NCBI GenBank assembly: GCA_024400195.1
Contig: JAKSNC010000005.1
Coordinates: 338-64,337, forward strand
From: Bacteroidales bacterium
Lineage (GTDB): Bacteria; Bacteroidota; Bacteroidia; Bacteroidales; F082
Reading direction: 5' to 3'
DNA length: 64,000 nt
Each line of letters starts with the position of its first letter. The stretch's first letter is position 1. The notes beneath the pieces were generated by a model, which saw nothing but the letters and a program-made list of their open reading frames with translations, was not told the DNA's origin and did not search any database. Below, one piece after another: positions 35,719 to 47,500 of the stretch. A program made the translations under genes and the position numbers.

Positions 35719-36924
35719 ATGGAAAATATTCTTTCACAAAGAGTTCTTAACATGGCTGAATCGGCCACGTTGAAGATGACCCAGAAAAGCCGCGAACTCA
35801 AGGCTCAGGGCGTTGACGTTATTTCACTCAGCATCGGAGAACCTGATTTCAATACTCCGGAAAGCGCTAAACAGGCAGGTATAGACGCTATTAAAAACAA
35901 TGATACGCATTATCCTCCGGTACCCGGAACACCGGCACTCCGTAAGGCCATTGCTGAAAAACTTAGAAGAGACAACGGCCTTGATTATCAGGATACAGAC
36001 ATCATCGTCTCCAATGGCGCAAAACAGGCTATAACTAATACATTCCTCGCCATCATCGACAAAGGTGACGAAGTTATAATCCCATCTCCGTATTGGGTTT
36101 CTTATCCGGAAATGGTGAAACTCGCCGACGGAACACCGGTTTTCATCAACACCACGATGGAACAGAACTTCAAAATCACAGCCGCCCAGCTTGAAGCCGC
36201 CATAACTCCGAAAACAAAAGCCTTCATATTCAGCACGCCTTGTAATCCTTCGGGTTCTGTCTATACAAGAGAAGAACTCGCTTCTTTAGTTGAAGTCTTC
36301 AAGAAACATCCGCAGATAATAATCATCTCAGACGAGATTTATGAGTTCATACAATACGAACACAAACACGAGAGCATGGGTCAGTTCACCGAATTGAAGG
36401 AGCGTCTCGTCATTGTGAACGGAGTGGCAAAGGGCTATGCCATGACCGGCTGGCGCATCGGTTATATCGCCGCACCGAAGGCCATCGTTTCAGCATGCAA
36501 TAAGATTCAGGGACAATATACTTCCGGAATCTGCACCATCGCCCAGGCCGCGTCTCTTGAAGCAATGCAATTGTGCCCGGAGAACTCAGATGAGATAAAG
36601 ACCATGCTCAAGGCCTTCCGTAACCGCCGCGACCTGCTCTTCGGCCTTCTGAAAGAGATTCCGGGAGTGAAGATAAATATGCCGGCGGGAGCTTTCTATA
36701 TGTTCCCCGAAGTTAAGTCGTACTACGGCAAGACAGACGGCAAGACCGTTATTAAGAACAGCGAAGACCTCAGTATGTACCTCTTGTTCGACGCCCATGT
36801 CGCGACAGTGAGCGGCGGAGCTTTCGGCTGTGATGACTGCATCCGTCTTTCGTATGCCACATCGGAGGACAAACTCCGCGAAGCAATGAGGAGAATAAAG
36901 GAATCACTCGCAAAATTGAAGTAA
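35719..36924 (+). CDS. class I PLP-dependent (aspartate-type) aminotransferase
   Basis: The motifs SIGEPDF, SNGAKQA, PCNPSG and NGVAKGYAMTGWRIGY (PLP lysine). Confidence 0.85.
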   Translation: MENILSQRVLNMAESATLKMTQKSRELKAQGVDVISLSIGEPDFNTPESAKQAGIDAIKNNDTHYPPVPGTPALRKAIAEKLRRDNGLDYQDTDIIVSNGAKQAITNTFLAIIDKGDEVIIPSPYWVSYPEMVKLADGTPVFINTTMEQNFKITAAQLEAAITPKTKAFIFSTPCNPSGSVYTREELASLVEVFKKHPQIIIISDEIYEFIQYEHKHESMGQFTELKERLVIVNGVAKGYAMTGWRIGYIAAPKAIVSACNKIQGQYTSGICTIAQAASLEAMQLCPENSDEIKTMLKAFRNRRDLLFGLLKEIPGVKINMPAGAFYMFPEVKSYYGKTDGKTVIKNSEDLSMYLLFDAHVATVSGGAFGCDDCIRLSYATSEDKLREAMRRIKESLAKLK

Positions 36925-36947
36925 GTCTAAATCAAAAACTAAGGCTC

Positions 36948-37943
36948 GTGGACAATTTGTTTGAAGCTTTCAACAATCTCAGGATACTCATCGTCGGAGA
37001 CGTGATGCTTGACATCTATCTTCAGGGGCAGGTGGACCGTATTTCGCCAGAGGCACCGGTTCCGATAGTGGCCGTTAAAGAGCGTTTCCTGCGTCTCGGA
37101 GGCGCCGCCAACGTTGCTCAGAATATCAGGGCTCTCGGAGCAGAGCCTGTTCTGTGTGCCGTCGTCGGATATGATGAGAACGCCAACGAGATGCTTGCCC
37201 TGATGAAGGAACACGACATGCCGACCGAAGGTGTCGTGAGAAGCCGTCATAGAATCACAACGGCAAAGGAACGCGTGATCGGCAATAACGCGCAAATGCT
37301 TCGAATAGATACTGAAGATACTTTCGACCTGACCGATGAGGAAGATGCCCTTCTTTGTGAATGTGTGAAAAATATTATTGACAATCAAAAGGTTGATGGT
37401 ATAATTTTGCAGGATTACAATAAAGGCGTGCTTACCGAATCTGTCATTACTAAGGTTATCGCGTGGGCTAACGAGAAAAATATTCCTGTCTCCGTCGATC
37501 CTAAGAAGAAGAATTTCACGACATTCCGCAACTGCACTTTCTTCAAACCCAATCTGAAGGAACTGAAGGAAGGCATAAACGGCAAGTTCGCGACTGACAG
37601 TGTTGACGGAATCATTCAAGGTGTTGAGACACTTCAGGGTATGCTTAAGTGCCGTTACGTCATGACGACATTGTCGGAGAGGGGCGTCCTTATTAGAGAT
37701 GGTAAGACAGGAACGCACATTCATCTCCCCGCCCATCTGCGTAAGATAGCCGACGTGTCGGGAGCAGGGGATACAGTTCTCAGTGTCGCCGCATTGTGTC
37801 TCGCACTCGGTTGCGATGCCGCTACGATAGCCGGTCTGTCGAACCTCGCGGGCGGGCTCGTATGTGAGGAACTCGGAGCTGTGCCGGTCAACAAGGAACG
37901 ACTGTTTGACGAAGCCGAAAGACTAAAAATCGCAGTAAAATAA
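36948..37943 (+). CDS. PfkB-family sugar kinase, RfaE domain I-like (heptose-7-phosphate kinase type)
   Basis: GTG start. The motifs ILIVGDVMLDIY, RISPEAPVPIV, GGAANVAQN and DVSGAGDT. Confidence 0.65.
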   Translation: MDNLFEAFNNLRILIVGDVMLDIYLQGQVDRISPEAPVPIVAVKERFLRLGGAANVAQNIRALGAEPVLCAVVGYDENANEMLALMKEHDMPTEGVVRSRHRITTAKERVIGNNAQMLRIDTEDTFDLTDEEDALLCECVKNIIDNQKVDGIILQDYNKGVLTESVITKVIAWANEKNIPVSVDPKKKNFTTFRNCTFFKPNLKELKEGINGKFATDSVDGIIQGVETLQGMLKCRYVMTTLSERGVLIRDGKTGTHIHLPAHLRKIADVSGAGDTVLSVAALCLALGCDAATIAGLSNLAGGLVCEELGAVPVNKERLFDEAERLKIAVK

Positions 37944-37996
37944 CCATTACGAAAAGTTTGATACAATAGTTTTTTGAAAAATACGTTTGGCATAGC

Positions 37997-38818
37997 ATGA
38001 TGAAAGGCAGATATAGGCATATTATCGTGATGACGGCGTTGGCTGTCTTGTTTTTTGCACAGCCTGTGATGGCACAACGTCGTAAGCCTATGAATATGCC
38101 CACGTACGATGAAGCACTTTATCATTTCGGCTTCCTTGTGGCTTATAACCAGATGCAGTATGCGATGACGTGCGTTAAGGATTATCAGATGATAGGTCAT
38201 GAACCATACGAATGGCCTTCGAATCCAAATCCTGATGCCGTCGTCTATCTTCTTGATGTCACATCTCCGAGCGTACCAGGTTTTACAGTCGGAATCGTCG
38301 GGAACCTGCGCCTCGGCAAGTATTTCGACTTTCGTTTTGTTCCGTCGCTGAGTTTCGGCGAAAGAAAACTTGACTATACACTTAAGACTTCGCGCGTCAT
38401 TGGCCCTGATGAAGTCGTGGTGAAGCATTTCAACTTTATGAAGAGTACGCACTCCACTTTCGTCGAATTTCCGTTCCATGTGAAATACAGGGCTCTGAGA
38501 CTGAACAATTTCAGCGCGTATCTCCTCGGAGGTGCCAACTTCAAGATTGATATGGCCTCGCAGAAGAAAAACGAAGTTGAGATTATAATAGACGGATATC
38601 CAACGACAGTGGTCGATAATATCAGGGTTAAAAAGACTGATTTCGCATTGGAGATAGGTACCGGCGTCGATTTCTATACCGACTACTTCAAATTCGGCAT
38701 TGAGGTGAAGATGAGCTACGGCCTTATGAATATCCTCAACGAAGAACAGATGATTTACAGCTCGAGCATAGAAAAACTTAGGAATAAGACGTTCCAGGTG
38801 TCATTTACTTTTGAATAA
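37997..38818 (+). CDS. PorT/SprT-like outer-membrane beta-barrel protein
   Basis: Signal peptide ending AQPVMAQ. The YHFGFLVAYNQMQY motif resembles PorT/SprT family starts (from memory). Beta-strand pattern with C-terminal TFQVSFTFE. Confidence 0.5.
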   Translation: MMKGRYRHIIVMTALAVLFFAQPVMAQRRKPMNMPTYDEALYHFGFLVAYNQMQYAMTCVKDYQMIGHEPYEWPSNPNPDAVVYLLDVTSPSVPGFTVGIVGNLRLGKYFDFRFVPSLSFGERKLDYTLKTSRVIGPDEVVVKHFNFMKSTHSTFVEFPFHVKYRALRLNNFSAYLLGGANFKIDMASQKKNEVEIIIDGYPTTVVDNIRVKKTDFALEIGTGVDFYTDYFKFGIEVKMSYGLMNILNEEQMIYSSSIEKLRNKTFQVSFTFE

Positions 38819-38847
38819 ACGTTAAAATCAACTTAAACATTAAAAAT

Positions 38848-39819
38848 ATGAGAAAAACTTTACTACTGTTGGCATTCGCCATTTTTGCGGTGCAAATCTG
38901 CGCGGCTCAGGAAGAAGAGCCGAAATTGTGGAATCATGAGGGCGCGTTAGGCCTCAATATGGCTCAGAGCCACTTTGACAACTGGTCGGCAGGTGGTACT
39001 GACAACGTGACTTTCGTCGGACTTGCCAAGTACAACATCAATTTCAAAAAAGGCAATTCGAAGTGGGATAACTCCATCGACCTCGGACTTGGTTACAACT
39101 ATTTCGACCTTGATAAAAAACCCGTTAAAACGGACGACAAAATAGACCTGAGTTCTCTTTATGGCTATAACCTGTCAAATGACAAGATTTTCGCTACGGC
39201 AGAATTCACATTCAAAACACAGTTCGTTGACGGATTCGATTATGCCACAGATAGCACCAACAGAATATCAGGCTTCTTCATTCCCGCTTACTTCACACTC
39301 GGTATCGGTGCTCAATGGGTGCCTAACAAGTACTTCTCACTCAACGTTGCCCCCGTTGACTGCCGCCTCACGATTGTCAACGATGAGACGTTGGCCGATG
39401 CCGGAAGATATGGTGTCGAGAAAGCCGAATATGACGAAGAAGGGAACCTTACTTCACACGGTAAGAAGGCAAGATGGGAACTTGGAGCCCAGGTGACTGC
39501 CAAATTCGAGTACGAAATTTTTAAGAACGTTACATTCAACTCAAAGCTTGTCGCTTATTACGATTATCTCCGCACCAATGAATACAATGCTTTCGGCGAA
39601 GATTTCCAGTGCAGGATAGACTGGGATTGGGACAACGCCCTCGTGATGAAGGTCAACGACTGGCTCAACTGCAACGTTACCGCACGCCTCCTTTACGATG
39701 AAGACATCCTCCCAATCAAGGCTGTGTTTCACGAAGAAAACGGAGGCTTTTGGACGGACAAGGGTTTCTTCCAGTTTAAGGAAGTACTTAGTGTCGGTTT
39801 CTCATGCAAACTTCCGTAA
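38848..39819 (+). CDS. DUF3078-like outer-membrane protein
   Basis: Signal peptide. The GLNMAQSHFDNWSAGG motif is typical of DUF3078 (from memory). Confidence 0.6.
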   Translation: MRKTLLLLAFAIFAVQICAAQEEEPKLWNHEGALGLNMAQSHFDNWSAGGTDNVTFVGLAKYNINFKKGNSKWDNSIDLGLGYNYFDLDKKPVKTDDKIDLSSLYGYNLSNDKIFATAEFTFKTQFVDGFDYATDSTNRISGFFIPAYFTLGIGAQWVPNKYFSLNVAPVDCRLTIVNDETLADAGRYGVEKAEYDEEGNLTSHGKKARWELGAQVTAKFEYEIFKNVTFNSKLVAYYDYLRTNEYNAFGEDFQCRIDWDWDNALVMKVNDWLNCNVTARLLYDEDILPIKAVFHEENGGFWTDKGFFQFKEVLSVGFSCKLP

Positions 39820-39822
39820 GAC

Positions 39823-40314
39823 GTGAAAAAGATAGGGCTTCTTTCCGACACACACGGCTGGCTCAATCCCGATATATTCGAGTTTTTTAAAGATTGTGAC
39901 GAGATTTGGCACGCCGGTGATATTGGAAATATAGAAACAGCGGAGGAGCTTGAACGTTTCAAGCCCCTCCGCGCCGTCTTCGGTAATATTGATGATGCAA
40001 ACGTGAGAATGGATTATCCCATGATTCAGACGTTTCAAGTCGAAGACGCTAAAGTGGTGATGACGCACATCGGAGGCTATCCCAATCATTATGAAACATT
40101 CGCAAGGGAAGTGATTGAAAAAGAAAAACCCGATATGTTCGTCAGCGGGCATTCACACATCTTGAAGATTGTCTATGACGACAGATACAGCCTTATGCAT
40201 GTCAATCCAGGAGCAGCAGGAAGAAACGGATTCCACCGCAAAATAACAATGGTGAGGTTCGAAATCGATGGAAGACAATTCCGAAAAATGGAAGTCTATG
40301 AAAAAGACAGATGA
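39823..40314 (+). CDS. YfcE/MJ0936-type metallophosphoesterase
   Basis: GTG start. The motifs SDTHG, HAGDIG, GNIDD and SGHSH. Confidence 0.75.
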   Translation: MKKIGLLSDTHGWLNPDIFEFFKDCDEIWHAGDIGNIETAEELERFKPLRAVFGNIDDANVRMDYPMIQTFQVEDAKVVMTHIGGYPNHYETFAREVIEKEKPDMFVSGHSHILKIVYDDRYSLMHVNPGAAGRNGFHRKITMVRFEIDGRQFRKMEVYEKDR

Positions 40315-40316
40315 CG

Positions 40317-40787
40317 TTATCTTATTCTGTCCATGCTTCTTATTAACGCAATGTCCTTTCTGATTCCGCGTATCGCGAGGATGTTGAATACAATCTCCGA
40401 AAGAACAGCATACATGCCGAACCCGTAATGCGTTGTCTGGTCGTTACATGCAAGCGTCTTCTGCATATCGGGAACATAGTACATGAAGACGATAGCGATA
40501 AATACGGCTATGACAAAAAGATTAAAACGAGCCATCTTCAGCTGGAGCCCCATTTTCTTGTAGAGAAATATTGTCACGATAGGCAAAAAAGCCATGACGA
40601 CGTTCATGATAAGAAGTGGAATGGTATAGGTGTTGGAAAAAAATACCGTGTCATTCTGCTGCCCGATACCCAAAATAGTGAGTTCCAATTGATTGGTGTA
40701 CTCAAAAGTGGCAAGAGTGACAAAAAAAAGTACGACAGAAACGGCTGTCATGAGAAAAAGATAAACTGATTGAATTCTTTGAATCAT
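40317..40787 (-). CDS. DUF4293-like membrane protein
   Basis: MIQRIQSVYLFL start and four to five TM helices. Convergent with the previous gene, with a 2-nt gap. Confidence 0.6.
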   Translation of the reverse strand: MIQRIQSVYLFLMTAVSVVLFFVTLATFEYTNQLELTILGIGQQNDTVFFSNTYTIPLLIMNVVMAFLPIVTIFLYKKMGLQLKMARFNLFVIAVFIAIVFMYYVPDMQKTLACNDQTTHYGFGMYAVLSEIVFNILAIRGIRKDIALIRSMDRIR

Positions 40788-40804
40788 AAAAAAATATTTT
40801 TCGA

Positions 40805-40812
40805 CAAAAATA
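40805..40812 (-). promoter_or_regulatory. -7 box for the DUF4293-like gene
   Basis: TATTTTTG on the minus strand, 17 nt upstream of the ATG. Confidence 0.45.
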
Positions 40813-40930
40813 ATGAAAAATATCTTTTGCTAAAAAAATCTATCATTATTTTCCCAAGCCCTGATAGTTTGATGTAAGAATTGAATTATCAAATTTATAA
40901 ACTCATCTTAAAACAGACGACTATTTTTCG

Positions 40931-40938
40931 TATATTTG
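40931..40938 (+). promoter_or_regulatory. -7 box for ruvA-sprA
   Basis: TATATTTG 18 nt upstream of the ruvA ATG. Confidence 0.5.
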
Positions 40939-40956
40939 CGTTTCTAAAAATGCGAA

Positions 40957-41538
40957 ATGTACAGTTTTATTTCTGGTAAGATAGTTGAAAAAAATCCGGC
41001 GTATATTGTCCTTGAAAATCAAGGTATTGGATATTTTATCAATATAACTCTCAATACTTTTGAGGCGATAGGCGATGCAGCTGAAGTCAAATTGTACATT
41101 CATTTCGCTGTGCGTGAAGATGCACATACTTTATACGGTTTTTACGAAGAAAGGGAGCGTGAGCTTTTTCTGTTGCTGCAGACGGTTCCGGGGGTCGGAT
41201 ATAGTACTGCGAGGCTGATTCTTTCTTCTCTTACGGTACGTGAAACCGTTAACGCCATCGCCGACAATAATCTGAAGGTGATTCAGGGGGTGAAGGGCAT
41301 TGGCGCAAAAACGGCCCAGCGTATCGTCGTTGACCTTCGCGATAAGGTCGGTAAGATTTCAGGAATGGAAGATAATTCATCACAACATCACAATAATTTG
41401 AAAGACGAAGCGTTATATGCCTTAACGGTTCTCGGCTTCGGGAAGACGGCTGTCGAAAAAGTTATTGACAAACTTATTCAGCAGAGCCCTGATTCCACAG
41501 TGGAGCAGCTCGTTAAGAACGCATTACGCATGCTATAA
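40957..41538 (+). CDS. ruvA: Holliday junction branch migration protein RuvA
   Basis: OB N-domain (YSFISGKIVEK...). HhH motifs VPGVGYSTARLIL and VKGIGAKTAQRIV. Confidence 0.9.
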   Translation: MYSFISGKIVEKNPAYIVLENQGIGYFINITLNTFEAIGDAAEVKLYIHFAVREDAHTLYGFYEERERELFLLLQTVPGVGYSTARLILSSLTVRETVNAIADNNLKVIQGVKGIGAKTAQRIVVDLRDKVGKISGMEDNSSQHHNNLKDEALYALTVLGFGKTAVEKVIDKLIQQSPDSTVEQLVKNALRML

Positions 41539-41548
41539 AGCGATTTTT

Positions 41549-44500
41549 ATGACACTGATAAAAAAATACATCATATGCCTCCCGGTGCTGCTTCTCGTTT
41601 TAGCAGTTTTGACCCCGGCACATATATCGGCCAGATCGTTCGACTTTTCTGAAGAACTTAGCGTCTCTGACACAGTGGTGCGTTTCCAGATACCGCGCGA
41701 TAACGGAAACCCCGTTGAAAATGACGCGAATCAGTCGGGACTTTACCTCAACGATCCGGATAACGTCGTTAGTGAGATTGTATATGACCCCGTTACGGGA
41801 TTTTATACATTCTACCGCAAAGTCGGTGACATTCTTCTCGCAGAACCTTATACTATGACTCAGGACCAGTATTTCAAATATATGCAGCAGAAAGGCATAA
41901 AGGAATATTGGAAGGAACGCAGAAATTCGGCGGCTGCCAGCGGCGACGGAACACAGTTGATTCCCAAAATCTACATCGGAGGGAAAGTCTTCGATAAGAT
42001 ATTCGGCGGCAATACGATAGATATTAAGCTGCAGGGAACGGCGGATGTTACTTTCGGAATAAAACACTCGCGTCGTGAAGACCCTTCGCTTAGCATCAAA
42101 CAGCAACGCCAAACGAATTTCGACTTTGATACGAAAATCCAAATGAGCGCGTCCGCCAAAATAGGCACGAAAATGAGCTTCAAGCTGAATTATAACACCG
42201 AAACTCAGTTCTCATTCGATAATAAACTTTCTCTGAAGTATGAAGGCGATGAAGACGAGATAATTCAACTCATTGAAGCTGGAAACGTCAGCATGCCCAT
42301 AAGCAACTCGCTGATAAAAGGTACACAATCCCTGTTCGGTATCAAGACACAGCTTAAGTTCGGAAATACTACGGTGACAGCCATCGCCTCATATCAGGAA
42401 AGCGAGACCAAGAACATAGCCGTGAATGGCGGAAACCTTCAAAATGAATTTGATATAGAATGCCTCGATTATGAGGAAAACAGACACTATTTCCTCAATC
42501 AGTACTTCCGCTCAAGATACGAAGACGCGTTGTCTGAACTCCCAATGGTGACATCGGACATAAATATCACCAAAATAGAGGTGTGGATAACGAATACGAC
42601 GAACAACTACGAGGCAAGTCGTAACATCGTGGCCTTTACCGACCTTGGTGAGGGTAGAGAAGAGTGGATTTACAATGATAGCAAGGTTAGACCGAAAGGC
42701 TACGGCGCACGTTATCCGTCAAATGGCGTCAATACATTGATGGACAATATCGACACAGTACAGATTCGCTCCCTCAATACCGTTACGTCGTATCTGACAA
42801 GTCAGGGGTTTAATTCGGGAAAGGACTTTGAAAAAGTTCAAAAGGCAAGAAAACTTTCCTCATCGGAATATACTTTCAATAGTAAACTTGGATTCATTTC
42901 ACTTAATATCTCGGTGGGTTCCAACCAGACGCTTGCAGTCGCATATCAATACACCATTATAGGGCAGGATGGTGTGTTCCAAGTCGGTGAGTTCTCTGAC
43001 CAGGGGCTTCAGGATCCTAACGTGCTTGTAACGAAGATGCTCAAGAGCACCACTGTTGACACGAAGATGCCGATGTGGGACTTGATGATGAAGAACGTCT
43101 ATAACATCAGGGCATTTCAGGTCAGCCAGAATGACTTCGTGATGAATATTCTGTATCTCGGCAACAAAAACGGTGTGGCGACAGGCTATTTCCCAGACGC
43201 ACCGGAGGAGATAAAGGGTAAGTCACTCATAAACCTTATGCGCGTTGACCGCTTGAACAATCAGCAGAATCCCGTTGACGGCGGAGATGGAGTGTTCGAT
43301 TTCATCAACGGAGCATCTACGAACGGCGGTACTATCAATGCCGCCACGGGACGTATCTATTTCCCGGTTCTCGAACCTTTCGGCAGTTATATCAGGGAGA
43401 AGATATTCCCGAATAATCCGGCTCTTGCCGAAAAATACGCCTTCGACTCTCTTTACAGACAGACGAAGACGATAGCTGAGCAATATACTTCAAAGAATAA
43501 GTTCAGGATGGAAGGCCGATACACGTCGTCATCGGGCAGCGAGATAAACCTCAATGCTATGAATGTCGCGCCCGGTTCCGTCAAAGTGACTGCCGGCGGT
43601 GTTCCACTTACCGAAAACGTTGATTATACCGTCGATTACACACTCGGAAGGGTGACTATCTTGAACGAGGCACTTCTCAATTCGGGCGCAGGAATCAACA
43701 TCTCACTCGAAAACAACACTTCGATTTCGACGATGAAGAAGACGTATCTCGGGGCACGAGTAGAACATCAGTTCGACCCGAAATTTATCGTCGGTGGAAC
43801 GATTCTCCATCTTTCGGAAAGGGCCTATACGACAAAGGTTAACTACAACGATGAACCGATCTCGAATACAATCTTCGGAGCGGATGTTAATTATCAGACT
43901 GAGTCTCAATGGCTTACGGATTTTGTCGGAGTTCTTCCGGGAGTGAGCACAAAACAAAAGTCGAAGATAGCCTTCTATGGAGAATTTGCGAGATTCGTAC
44001 AGAATATCAATAAATCTTATGGTTCGGCAGGCACTTCTTACATAGACGACTTCGAGGGAGCGAAATCGACGATAGACCTTCGTCAGTGGTCGTTCTGGCA
44101 TCTTGCCTCCACGCCTCAGCATCAGCCCGATTTGTTCCCTGAAGCATCGAGCTCTAATCGCGAATACGGCAAGAACAGGGCGAAACTCGCATGGTACGTC
44201 ATCGACCAGTCGGTGTTTTATGACCGTTACAGCACGCTTACGCCGGCGAATGTCAACAACGACGAGCTGTCAGACCACCGCGTGCGTCAGATTTTGGAGA
44301 CCGAGATATTCCCCAACAAGGACATTCAGGCCGGAATATCCACCAATGTCGCGGCATTGAACCTCGCATATTATCCGTCGGAAAGAGGACCTTATAATTA
44401 TGATGTCAACAATCTTAACGATGACGGCTCTTTCTCTAATCCTGAAGACAGATGGGGCGGCGTTATGAGGGCTATCGATGCGACCGACTTCAACGCTACC

Positions 44501-47500
44501 AACGTAGAATATATTGAATTCTGGATGATGGATCCCTACTTTGAAGGTCAGGATCAGACAAACACAGGACGCCTGTATTTCAATTTGGGAGATGTGTCGG
44601 AAGATATTCTTCGCGATGGAAGAAAATCATACGAGCACGGACTTCCGACTTCGTCAACAGTGACTAATGTCGATACTACGATTTGGGGACGAGTTCCGCG
44701 ACTTCAGGCTATGGTCAACGCGTTTGATACGGATCCGGATGCGAGAAAATTCCAGGATGTCGGTTATGACGGTCTCAGTGATGAAGACGAACGGGTCTTC
44801 TTTGCCGACTATATCAACGCTTTAAGAGACAAACTCAATCCTGAGGCTTTTGAGAAAATCTATAACGACCCGTCATCGGATGACTATCATCATTTCCGCG
44901 GAAGTGATTATGACAGAGACGCATCATACGGCAGCATCCTCAAGAGATACCGTAAATATAACGGCAACGAAGGTAACTCACCGTCTGAAACACAACAGCC
45001 TGAAAGTTATACGACTAACAACAGCAGTCTTCCTGATATGGAAGACATCAACAACGACAATACGTTGAGCGAATCCGAGGCGTATTATCAGTATTATATC
45101 GACCTTGATCCGGAAAAAATGCAGCAGACCGGTCAGAACTGCATAACCAATATTTTCAATACATCTATTGTGACTGTAAATGGTGAGACGAAACGAATCA
45201 AATGGTATCAGTTCCGTATTCCGATTTACAATCCAGATAAAGTCGTGGGAAATATCGAAGGATTCTCTTCGATACGTTTTATGCGTATGTTTATGACGGG
45301 TTTCAAGAGCGACATCGTTATCCGTTTCGCGACTTTAGACCTTGTGAGAGGCGAGTGGAGGGCGTATCAGCAGGCACTTCAGGCTCCTGGAGAATATGTG
45401 CCGGGAGACCAGACTGGCCACACAACGTTTGAGATGTCGGCCGTCAACCTTGAAGAGAACAGCAGCCGTACTCCTGTGCCATACACCATTCCGCCGGGAA
45501 TCAAACAGGAAGTCTTTACGACGGCGACATCCACGATACGTCAAAACGAGCAGTCAATGCAGTTATCAGTCGAGAATCTCGTTGACGGAGACGCACGCGC
45601 GGTCTATAAGACAACGAGTTTCGACTTCCGATTCTACGAAACGCTGAGGATGTTCATACATGGCGAGAAACGCTTCGAACACGAAGAGGTGTCGGACGGA
45701 GACGTGACGGTGTTCCTGCGGTTCGGCTCCGATTTGACAGACAACTATTACGAATATGAAGTTCCCCTCGTGATGACGCCGTGGTACACTTCGTCTTCCG
45801 ATGAATATGCTATATGGCCGGAAAAGAACACCATCGCCATCAACTTCGATAAGTTAGTCTCCGTTAAAAACAATAGGAATAAGGCTATTAACAATGGCGA
45901 CAAACAAGTCAAAACGAACCGAATATACGAGGAGAACGATGGACAGAACAAGATGAAGGTTCTCGGAAATCCTACGATAAGTGAAGTCCGCTCGATGATG
46001 ATAGGCGTGCGGAATCCCAAGAAAGACGGTGAGGCTGCACAGGACAAGAGCGTCATCGTATGGGTCGATGAACTTCGTCTGACAGAACTGAAGAACGATG
46101 GCGGATGGGCTGCCACGGGTCGCGTCGAGGCCACACTCGCTGACTTCGGACGCGTCATCGCCAGCGGAAATTACTCGTCATCAGGATTCGGTTCCTTAGA
46201 TACTAAAGTGACTGACTCAAAATTAGAATCAAACAAGAATTACAGCGTATCAACAGACCTCGACCTCGGTAAGGTACTGAATCAAGAGAAAGTCGGCCTT
46301 GTCGTCCCTGTCCATTTCGATTACGCCAAGACGACGGTTACGCCGGAATATAATCCGCTTGATCCCGATGTTAAATTATCTACAGCCTTAGACCAGTTGT
46401 CAAGTAGTGGAAAAGACTCACTCAATAAGGCCGCCAAAGATGTTACAAAACAGATGAGTTTCAACGTCACGAATCTTCATAAGAATCGTGTCGGCAAGAA
46501 GACGCCTCACGTATGGGATGTGGAAAACCTTACCGCATCGTATGCCTATACCTTACAGGATGTCCGCGACAGCGATATGGAATACAAAGTCAATGTGACA
46601 CACCGTGGCGGTGTCGGTTATAACTATACGTTCAACGCAAAACCGTATCAGCCGTTCGCCGAGAAGAAATGGGCGTCATCATCATATCTGACGATAATAA
46701 AGGACATCAACTTCTACTATCTCCCGAAGAGTTTCTCGTTCAATACAGAGATGTACCGCCAGAAACAGGAGATGAAGATGAGGAACAAGTCGAGCGGCGA
46801 CATCATTATGAACGAATCAGTTGCCAAAAACTGGGATTGGACGAGGACATACGACTTCCGTTACGATCTCACTAAGGCTTTGAGTTTGTCGTATTCAGCC
46901 AATTCGGCTGCATATATCTACGAACCTGCGGGCAATCCAGACAGAGGAACTGAAGAATATAAGGCTAACCGCGATACTATACGTGACGAACTCCTTAAAT
47001 TCGGCTCTATCTCCAATTACAACCAGTCAACGAAGATTAGTTACAATCTGCCGATAAATAAACTTCCATACCTCGATTGGTTGACATCAACGGCTTCATA
47101 TACAGGTACTTACCGTTGGATAGCATCGGCGCGTTCAGTTCAGGTTAAATTGGGAAATACGGCCGAAAACGAAAGAAGCATCCAAATCAACGCAAATGCC
47201 GACTTGACAAAACTTTACAATAAAGTCCCGTATTTTAAGAAAATCCTGAATCCCAAACGTTCAAACAATGAAAATTCGCGTACAAAGGGCAAGGGCGGAG
47301 GAAGGACTTCGAGTAAGGTCGATACCATCACCTCAAAAGAGAAGATAAGCACGTGGAAATGGTTGGGTGACAACATGGTTAGGATACTTTTGAGTGTTAA
47401 AAAAGTGTCGTTCTCATATCAGAAAAACAACGGAGTCTCGTTACCAGGTTTTATGGAAAAACCAGATTATCTCGGAATGAACGCTTCTGGTATGGCACCC

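Noticed and set aside
41465-41548. Upstream extension of sprA overlapping the ruvA 3' end.
   Set aside because: The ATG at 41549 gives a canonical signal peptide directly after the ruvA stop. The extension has no hydrophobic leader.
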